A DNA stretch of 64,000 bases, taken from positions 9,362 through 73,361 of the forward strand of contig SFDP01000024.1 of NCBI GenBank assembly GCA_004558185.1. Direction: 5' to 3'. The notes under the pieces were generated by a model. That model searched no databases. It worked only from the letters and a program-made list of their open reading frames with translations, and was not told the origin of the DNA. A program made the translations under genes and the position numbers. This document shows positions 57,613 through 64,000 of the stretch, piece after piece. The stretch is from Lachnospiraceae bacterium. GTDB lineage: Bacteria > Bacillota > Clostridia > Lachnospirales > Lachnospiraceae. Positions within the stretch are counted from its first letter, which is position 1. Each line of letters opens with the position of its first letter.

Positions 57613-58932
57613 TCACCCATGAATCATAACCTTGGCAGTAAATACTCCCTTCGTATATGTAAAAGAATTCGCACCACCGTTTTTTTCAGAAATACGGCGG
57701 ACAGACTGAATTCCAACGCCATTTCCCTTACGCTTTGTGGACAGAAAAACACCATCTTTCATGCGTACTTCTCCATCAAAACTGTTCTCCACTTGTATTA
57801 ACAACAGGCTGTTCTTATGCATATAGGCTTCTACCTTGATTTCTCTTTTTGGCACTGCCGTTTTTATGCTTGCTTCCAAGGCATTCTCCAAAAGATTGGA
57901 AATTACAAGACACATATCTATTTCATCTACCAGAATTTGAGGCGGTAAATCTATCCTGGCATGGAACGGAATGTTTTGTCGTTTTGCCATTTCATAGTAG
58001 TAACCGATCACGCTGTCTGCAGCTCTGTTTTCACAAAATTGCATATCCAGATTCGGGATTCTGTTCTCTGCTCCGAAGAGATATTCTTTTATTTTTTCCA
58101 ACTCCCCGGCTTCTGCCATAACAGAAAGCTGGCGAAAGTGATGTCTCATATCGTGCTTTGCCTGCCTTACTTCTTCGATTGCCATGCGCAGATTATCGTA
58201 CCGCTCCTGCTGCATAGACAGAAAATGATTTTCCTGTTGCAACTTAGCATTTCGATTCAAGCTATTTGCCGCCAAAATAAACATGATATAAAACAAAACA
58301 AGCAGTACCAGCAAAACCAGACTAATTACAATGTATCCCTGCAACACTCGTCCTGTGTATAAAGTATTCGGATATGTTGGAATCATAAACAGATTCAATG
58401 CAATAAACACTAACGGCAATATCCAGAACACATACCAGGTTTGGGCAAAATTTTCGTCTTCGATTATTGTTCGTACGTCATGAGTAGCAGGATAATATGC
58501 AATTACAACAGCCCCCCAGCAAATGGCATTGTAAATAATACCACCCATCAGAGAAAACCATAATTCATTTTCTGTCGAATGATGATGAACAATCAGCATG
58601 GCATTGATTGCTCTGGACAAACTGTTGATACAGGAAAATACCCCACAGACAGAAAGTGCCACACTGAAGGATTTCCACAACGAAACTTGAATCGTTCTTG
58701 TATATACCAAAACAGCAATTAACATTGCAATAACCAAAAAGAGAGATGTAGAAATATTCAACTGAAAGCTGATGCAGGCACCCAGTATGGAGATGAGCAA
58801 AAGCAACGGCAGCATCCAGCCTGCAAGTTTTACAGGTGATTGCTTTAAATAAGATCTGACTGGAAAATAAGCAAGCAAAATACCCGGTATCACTACAGAA
58901 ATTTCAAGCATGGGCCGCAGTATATTCTCCAT
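57613..58932 (-). CDS. AgrC/ComD-like (HPK10) membrane sensor histidine kinase
   Basis: About 6-7 N-terminal TM helices, H-box QAKHDMRHHFRQL, and GHKL motifs NLLENALEAS and GNGVGIQSVRRISEKNGG. Confidence 0.85.
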   Translation of the reverse strand: MENILRPMLEISVVIPGILLAYFPVRSYLKQSPVKLAGWMLPLLLLISILGACISFQLNISTSLFLVIAMLIAVLVYTRTIQVSLWKSFSVALSVCGVFSCINSLSRAINAMLIVHHHSTENELWFSLMGGIIYNAICWGAVVIAYYPATHDVRTIIEDENFAQTWYVFWILPLVFIALNLFMIPTYPNTLYTGRVLQGYIVISLVLLVLLVLFYIMFILAANSLNRNAKLQQENHFLSMQQERYDNLRMAIEEVRQAKHDMRHHFRQLSVMAEAGELEKIKEYLFGAENRIPNLDMQFCENRAADSVIGYYYEMAKRQNIPFHARIDLPPQILVDEIDMCLVISNLLENALEASIKTAVPKREIKVEAYMHKNSLLLIQVENSFDGEVRMKDGVFLSTKRKGNGVGIQSVRRISEKNGGANSFTYTKGVFTAKVMIHG

Positions 58933-59378
58933 TTATATATGCCCCCTTTGAAACAGAAAATCCATAAATGTCTGACGGCAGTTTTCAAAAGTCCGTAATT
59001 GACAAGAACTCTGCTCCCCTCATCCATGACAAAAGCTGCATCATCAAAATCGGCAGCGTGTTCCATATTGACAATCACACCACGGCTACAAAGGAAAAAT
59101 CGTCTATCTTTTCTAAGTGGTGCAGCAAATTCCCCGAAAGTCTGTCTGGTAATCAATTTCTTTTGGGTTGCTGTATGAATATGTATCATGTGGGAAAGAT
59201 GCTCCGCATACACAATATCTTGGAAATGCAGTCGCACCTCACTGCCGCTAACTTTCACCTGAATATAATTATCCGGCTTCGGGATACGGGAAATGATTTC
59301 ATCCATTAACTGGCGAATATCGTCTTCTGTATAGGGCTTCACAAGATAGTGCATAGCACGAACCTGAAACCCTTCCAA
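58893..59378 (-). pseudogene. 5'-truncated LytTR-family response regulator (receiver domain missing)
   Basis: The frame opens only at 59405 (in-frame TGA at 59406..59408). The first recognisable residues, ALEGFQVRAMHYLVKPY, are the last strand/helix of a receiver. The LytTR domain follows. Only a TTG start is available and there is no RBS. Confidence 0.6.
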
Positions 59379-61087
59379 TGCTTGGCGGTCTTGCCATTCG
59401 GGATATCAATTCGGAATATACAACGACTTTGGGATATTTTTCTCCTACAGAGCATGACGGCGGCAGATATGCAATCCAAAGTTCCTATTCTTTCATCGAT
59501 GCGGATAACAGACTCGTGTGTCCCACCAGTAATAATCATGTTCTGATACTGAAAGCTACGGACAGTGACGGGAACGTACTTCCTGTATTTGAAAAAGTGT
59601 TAGACATCGATATCAAGACTTTGGCAGAAGCAGCTCTGGGCAAAACTCTGGATCAAAATTTGTTATCTATTGTATTTGATTATGAAGGAAATCTGTGGTT
59701 TGCCACCGGTGGTTTTCGCATCTATCCGGATCGTATGCAACAGGGTGTGATGGGGTATATTACCTGCGATGCCATTAATACGATCCTTGACGGCGAGGAA
59801 GTGGATCTGGCAAAAGAAGTATTCGTTTATGGACTAACCCCCGGCGAAGGTGCAGAAAATGGTATTGCTTCCTGCAAAGAGGGGGCGGTCATCCTTACAA
59901 ATCAAAACTGCTATCTGCTCAACGCCGATAATGGAGTGGAAGTAGTTTGGCAAACTCCTTATGAAAGTGTTGGCGCAAAATGCAGCGTGGAAGGAGACGA
60001 AACTACAGGCGGTGGTCTTGCCTGGGGAGGAGGCAGCTCTCCTTCATTAACACCGAACCTTGTAATGATTACAGATAATCAGAATCTGGTAAATCTACTT
60101 GCTTTAGATATTAAAACCGGTGAAGTGGTTGCAAGTATGCCTGTACTCGATGAATTACCAAAGGGAATGCAGGTATCCGTCGAAAATTCTGTCATTGTAT
60201 ACGATAACGGTGCAGGTACGGTAAGTACCATCGTATGCAACTGGTTCGGTGCAGGCAGTGCCAATCTGTCCAAAGCCGACAACGACTCTTCTGTTCAAAG
60301 CTATGACAATCTCTACGATGCGAATTGGATTGCCAAAGGTAACCGCATGATTCTGCCCGGTGTGGAACGGGTGGATACGCTCAAAACCCCAAACGGTTAT
60401 GAGATGAAGAGTATCTGGTGTAGAAATGATTTACGGGACACCTCTATGTTGAAGCTCTCCACCGCAACTGGCTATATTTATGGCTATGTACAGGATATAG
60501 ACAGCGGTATGTGGCAGTATATCATTCTGGACTTTGAGACAGGACAGACAGTCTTTACTATGGATGTTTCTGAGCATTACGGATATAACAATATGGCTAT
60601 CGGAATGTATGCAGGCAACAGCGGCAATGCTCTGTACTGTCCAACCGGCTATCTGGAATTGCTTAGATTGCAGGATCGATTTGTCTATCTGCCTGAAATG
60701 CCATACCGTAATGTCGATCTAGACAAGGCAAACCGAAATGTCCTGAGCCAGGATACCTTTATGCAAAACGGTGGGCAGGGCAGTGTTATTGGCTGGCTTA
60801 ATACAATTACAGTCGAAAATGTGCATCCGAATACAACGGTTGCCATCCGCATGAACAGCCTGAGCGGAAATGCCGGAGAGCTGAAACTGTACGCTTACAG
60901 CGATGATGGCAAACTGGTGGAGGTTCCGAAAGAGCAGTGGCATATCCAGCAGGAAGATGGAACAATTCCTACCACATTATCTACTGATACACTCTATGAG
61001 ATCCATGTTTCGGTGGAAGATAATGGTGCATACGATTTGAGTAGCATAGAAAAGGAAATCACAATTTCTGTAGTACTTGGCAGATAA
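59378..61087 (+). CDS. hypothetical protein, possibly a beta-propeller, apparently lacking its N-terminus
   Basis: 569-aa ORF with no signal peptide and no RBS before the ATG at 59378. The reading frame opens only 9 nt upstream. Gly/aromatic-rich repeats (WFATGGFRIY, GGGLAWGGGSSPS). Confidence 0.5.
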   Translation: MLGGLAIRDINSEYTTTLGYFSPTEHDGGRYAIQSSYSFIDADNRLVCPTSNNHVLILKATDSDGNVLPVFEKVLDIDIKTLAEAALGKTLDQNLLSIVFDYEGNLWFATGGFRIYPDRMQQGVMGYITCDAINTILDGEEVDLAKEVFVYGLTPGEGAENGIASCKEGAVILTNQNCYLLNADNGVEVVWQTPYESVGAKCSVEGDETTGGGLAWGGGSSPSLTPNLVMITDNQNLVNLLALDIKTGEVVASMPVLDELPKGMQVSVENSVIVYDNGAGTVSTIVCNWFGAGSANLSKADNDSSVQSYDNLYDANWIAKGNRMILPGVERVDTLKTPNGYEMKSIWCRNDLRDTSMLKLSTATGYIYGYVQDIDSGMWQYIILDFETGQTVFTMDVSEHYGYNNMAIGMYAGNSGNALYCPTGYLELLRLQDRFVYLPEMPYRNVDLDKANRNVLSQDTFMQNGGQGSVIGWLNTITVENVHPNTTVAIRMNSLSGNAGELKLYAYSDDGKLVEVPKEQWHIQQEDGTIPTTLSTDTLYEIHVSVEDNGAYDLSSIEKEITISVVLGR

Positions 61088-61111
61088 ATACGTTTTTGTA
61101 AAATGTACGGC

Positions 61112-61158
61112 CGCTCTCGTTACTGATCAATAATTAAGAGGTAACGAGAGCGTATTTT
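61112..61158 (+). terminator. rho-independent terminator
   Basis: CGCTCTCGTTAC-17 nt-GTAACGAGAGCG followed by TATTTTGT. Confidence 0.75.
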
Positions 61159-61209
61159 GTAGACAGGTTTTTATGAACTTTTTAAGGCTCTTTCCAAATC
61201 AAGGGGCTG

Positions 61210-61575
61210 TCAGTTAAACCGGGTATCAGCAAGTTGTTCATTATAATAGCATCTTGCCAGCAAAACAGCACCTACATAAGGCTCTGCCTTGGGCACTGTC
61301 AATTCCATTCCGTTTGCTTCAAGCAGTTTCACAAAGGGATTCATGATCACATCTCCGACTTTGAAAATACCGCTCGAACAGGATACCATACATTTTCGAC
61401 CATCAAAGATTTTTTTCTTGACACCATAGATAATGTCATAGAGTTCTTTTGCCGCCTGTTCATAAAACACCGTTAAAAAGCATTGCTGTATTTCCTGCAA
61501 AAAAATCGGTTCTGTAAGCTTCATCAGAATCCCCACCCGGTCCGAAGCTTGCTGCATCAATTTTCTGTAAAACAT
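61210..61575 (-). pseudogene. C-terminal fragment of a BadF/BadG/BcrA/BcrD-type (N-acetylhexosamine kinase-like) ATPase
   Basis: 121 aa. ...CMVSCSSGIFKVGDVIMNPFVKLLEANGMELTVPKAEPYVGAVLLARCY matches only the last third of ~300-aa BadF-type kinases. Confidence 0.5.
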
Positions 61576-61601
61576 TTTTTTGTATAAATTCCAGAGAATC
61601 T

Positions 61602-62360
61602 TTAATATGCATCATTAAAGCTTTCTACTGTTTTTCCATTCAGGTAAAATGCTCTGGAAACTTGGCTTCTCTGAGAATAACCTGCAAGAAGAATGTTTGT
61701 CGGCCAGCCGGCATTAAGACCAAACGGAATAATACCTGCTGCAGCCAATTCATCTACCGCTGTATCAAATTCTGCCCACGTTTCCCATTCAGAAGGTACT
61801 TTTGCTCCTGCTTTTACGAATAATGCTTCATTATACCAGAATCCGACAGCTTCAATCTGTTCACGAACAGAATAAACATTCCCCTCCTCTGTAAGGTTTT
61901 GGTCATAGCAAACTCCGACACCTGCTTTAAACGCTGCATCTTGATCCAGATATGGTTTCAAATCAAGGATCGCACCTGCTGCTGACGCCACCGGGGTAAT
62001 GTCCCATCCCCCGAAGTCAGCAATATCATAAAATGTACCTGCACCTAAATCATTCAATGCTGTGTTGTAAATCCCCTCTGCACCTGATTCATCTGCAACA
62101 ATTATGAAATTGAATTCATCAGCATGTGCATCAGCAAACTCCTGATAGATTGCACGCATTTCGGCCGCTGCCGGCCATTCGGCTTCATCATGATAATAGC
62201 CATGAGTAAATGTGATTGTAGGAATCTCGCTTTCGATTGTCTGAGGTTCTTCTTTTGCTGCAGACTCTCCACCCGTTTCTTGACTTTGTCCGCCACAGCC
62301 AATTATCACAGATGCAGCTAAAGCTGTGCCAATTAATAAGCTAATAATTTTCTTTTTCAT
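61602..62360 (-). pseudogene. N-terminal fragment of a family-1 sugar ABC substrate-binding lipoprotein
   Basis: 252 aa with lipobox VIIGC-GG. Its length is about half that of the paralogue-like neighbour at 62530..63810. It ends 26 nt before the kinase fragment. Confidence 0.5.
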
Positions 62361-62477
62361 AGATTTTCCCTCCTAGAGACTTTGTATATGAAGTTTAGCA
62401 TTCGGAGGGTAAATAGCAGAATAAACAAAACCTTTTGTTTTCCGTACTTTTTTATCCAGATTCTCTTTAATCATGAA

Positions 62478-62519
62478 AAAATGCACTTTTTTGAATTTTC
62501 AGTCAAAAAAGTGCATTTT
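62478..62519 (-). terminator. rho-independent terminator after the SBP gene
   Basis: 15-bp perfect inverted repeat AAAATGCACTTTTTT-12 nt-AAAAAAGTGCATTTT. A U run follows on the minus strand. Confidence 0.7.
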
Positions 62520-62529
62520 ATAAATCATC

Positions 62530-63810
62530 CTAATTCATCCGTTCCAGGCTCTCAATCATTTTTTCCAAATCCCTTTCACTTATGCAGGCTTTCTCAAGTG
62601 ATTCAGAAATAATATCAATTGCTTCACTGTTCCATGTAGAGGTAATGGTCTTTAGCTGAATTTCCGCATGATGTGCACTCTCCAAAGCATTGCCCAGCAG
62701 TGGGTATTTTTCTGCAATGACCTGATTATCCACCATTGGATTAGATGGCGCCTGCCCCGTCTGGGCTGCAAGTCTCGTCTGGGTTTCCTGGCTCAACATA
62801 TATTTCAAAAATCGAATCGCCGCTTCATTCTCTCTTTCATCTGGACTGTCATATACAACATATCCTGATGACGGTGAGACATAAGATAGCTCTACTCCAT
62901 AATTTGTCGGATAATTTGCATAGGCAATTTCATTGCCCCTCTCACAGTTCTGGATAATCTCACTTTCCCATACTCCATTGAAATATATGGCCGTGGTACC
63001 CTCGATAAAATATTGCCTCGCATTTTCTAAGTTATCTGTATTTTTTGAATAACGATAAATATTCGAAAAATCCTTGACTACGTTGCGGAATGATTCTGTA
63101 TCATAGCTTTCCGGAGTATCTGCTGCCATACTCAATCCTTCTGCACTTTCTCCTCCAAGTCTTGCAAGAAAGAGATTTTCCACCACCTGTACCGTTTCCA
63201 GGGCATAAACACTTCTCAGTGCGCCGGACTCCCTGTTCCATACTTCCAGCTTCTCACAAGCCTCATAAAATTCCTCCCAGTTTTCTGGTAAAGCCACCTC
63301 TCCATTCTTATCTACGATACCGGCTTCCTTAAAATAGCGTTCATTATACCAATAGCCCATTACTTCCAGTGCATCCGGCAGTGTATAAAGAGTTCCATCT
63401 GTATTGAGCCAAACCTCAAGAATCGATGGGTGAATCAGTTTCATAAACTCTTCATCGCTGCGAATATAAGGCATTAAGTCCAAAAGTTTTCCACGTTTTA
63501 TTGCATTTTCCACATAGAAAGACTGCCCATTGGTACTGACAATATTGGGCATTTCATCCAAGGCCAGCATATCATTTGCTTTTTCCACTGCAATAGAACT
63601 GTCTGATGATGGTTGGGAGGACAAAATAATATCTGAATTCTGTGTACCAAACTCATCATATATTTCCCGCATAACGGAATGAGCACGCAGAGTTCCTCCC
63701 CAACCATGGATCATGGATAAATGCACCGGCTCTGTTTCCTCCTTCATTCGACAACCTTCAAGAAGCATGATGATAACAAAAAATAGCAGAAGCTTACATG
63801 ACTTTTTCAT
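62530..63810 (-). CDS. family-1 carbohydrate ABC substrate-binding lipoprotein
   Basis: 426 aa from MKKSCKLLLFFVIIMLLEGC (lipobox). General SBP_bac_1-like composition. No cognate permease or ATPase genes appear downstream in this window. Confidence 0.75.
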   Translation of the reverse strand: MKKSCKLLLFFVIIMLLEGCRMKEETEPVHLSMIHGWGGTLRAHSVMREIYDEFGTQNSDIILSSQPSSDSSIAVEKANDMLALDEMPNIVSTNGQSFYVENAIKRGKLLDLMPYIRSDEEFMKLIHPSILEVWLNTDGTLYTLPDALEVMGYWYNERYFKEAGIVDKNGEVALPENWEEFYEACEKLEVWNRESGALRSVYALETVQVVENLFLARLGGESAEGLSMAADTPESYDTESFRNVVKDFSNIYRYSKNTDNLENARQYFIEGTTAIYFNGVWESEIIQNCERGNEIAYANYPTNYGVELSYVSPSSGYVVYDSPDERENEAAIRFLKYMLSQETQTRLAAQTGQAPSNPMVDNQVIAEKYPLLGNALESAHHAEIQLKTITSTWNSEAIDIISESLEKACISERDLEKMIESLERMN

Positions 63811-63873
63811 TTTAGAAACCCTCACAAAAATGCTGATACCACTTAACCTGATGGGCAAACAGGTGGCTGCTTA

Positions 63874-64000
63874 ATCAGCAGGTTCCTTAGATTTCTCCTC
63901 CTTTTCCCGTTCGGACAGTCTTAATATCCAGTAAATCATCACTGCACAAACCGCAATGGATAGCACCTCAACAGTTACCATGGAACTCATGCTGTCCCCA
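63874..64000 (-). CDS. 3' end of an ORF running off the window, or a 38-aa membrane peptide starting at 63990
   Basis: The frame ...GDSMSSMVTVEVLSIAVCAVMIYWILRLSEREKEEKSKEPAD* is open to the window edge and contains one TM helix. Confidence 0.25.

Noticed and set aside
59339-59539. 66-aa minus-strand ORF, considered as the frameshifted missing receiver domain of the LytTR regulator.
   Set aside because: It has no receiver motifs (no DD...D...T...K pattern). The plus-strand frame over the same DNA continues into a long coherent ORF, so the receiver-coding DNA appears to be truly absent.

Overview
Chromosomal segment of a mid-GC, spore-forming, motile Firmicute. The Clostridia/Lachnospiraceae-like assignment is an inference from gene content only. 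Nearly all genes lie on the minus strand, and I saw no rRNA, tRNA, CRISPR array, transposase or integrase. In coordinate order the window holds: (1) a Gram-positive Tad/Flp pilus operon (4-8366); (2) bofA and a yaaL-like gene; (3) fliS, flagellin and a 1018-aa flagellum-linked protein; (4) glgB behind a TPR/pseudo-AAA protein; (5) ahpC plus a stand-alone AhpF N-terminal-domain gene; (6) a glycerol operon (glpP-glpK-glpF, G3P dehydrogenase, oxidoreductase, DUF1667) ending in a small Cys-repeat peptide gene; (7) an ABC-F ATPase; (8) a membrane-anchored 5'-nucleotidase; (9) a ~13 kb nucleoside-salvage supercluster (udp-cdd, a Crp-family regulator, a BMP-type ABC importer, a YczE-like gene, deoD-deoC-deoB); (10) an amino-acid ABC importer, rsmI and a sialidase; (11) a YtrA/GntR-type double ABC operon; (12) an L-serine transporter/dehydratase operon with a divergent LysR gene; (13) a decayed agr-like two-component pair and a patch of gene fragments; (14) sugar-binding proteins. 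Three observations stand out. First, a YjjI-family short glycyl-radical enzyme and its activase sit inside the nucleoside importer operon. Second, a ~150-nt conserved and apparently structured 5' leader occurs twice, each time in front of a nucleoside phosphorylase gene, and I cannot assign it to a known riboswitch class by eye. Third, a 60-aa peptide with three 15-residue Cys-x6-Cys modules is translationally well signalled at the end of the glp operon. All calls come from reading the sequence and from motif memory. No database search was run.
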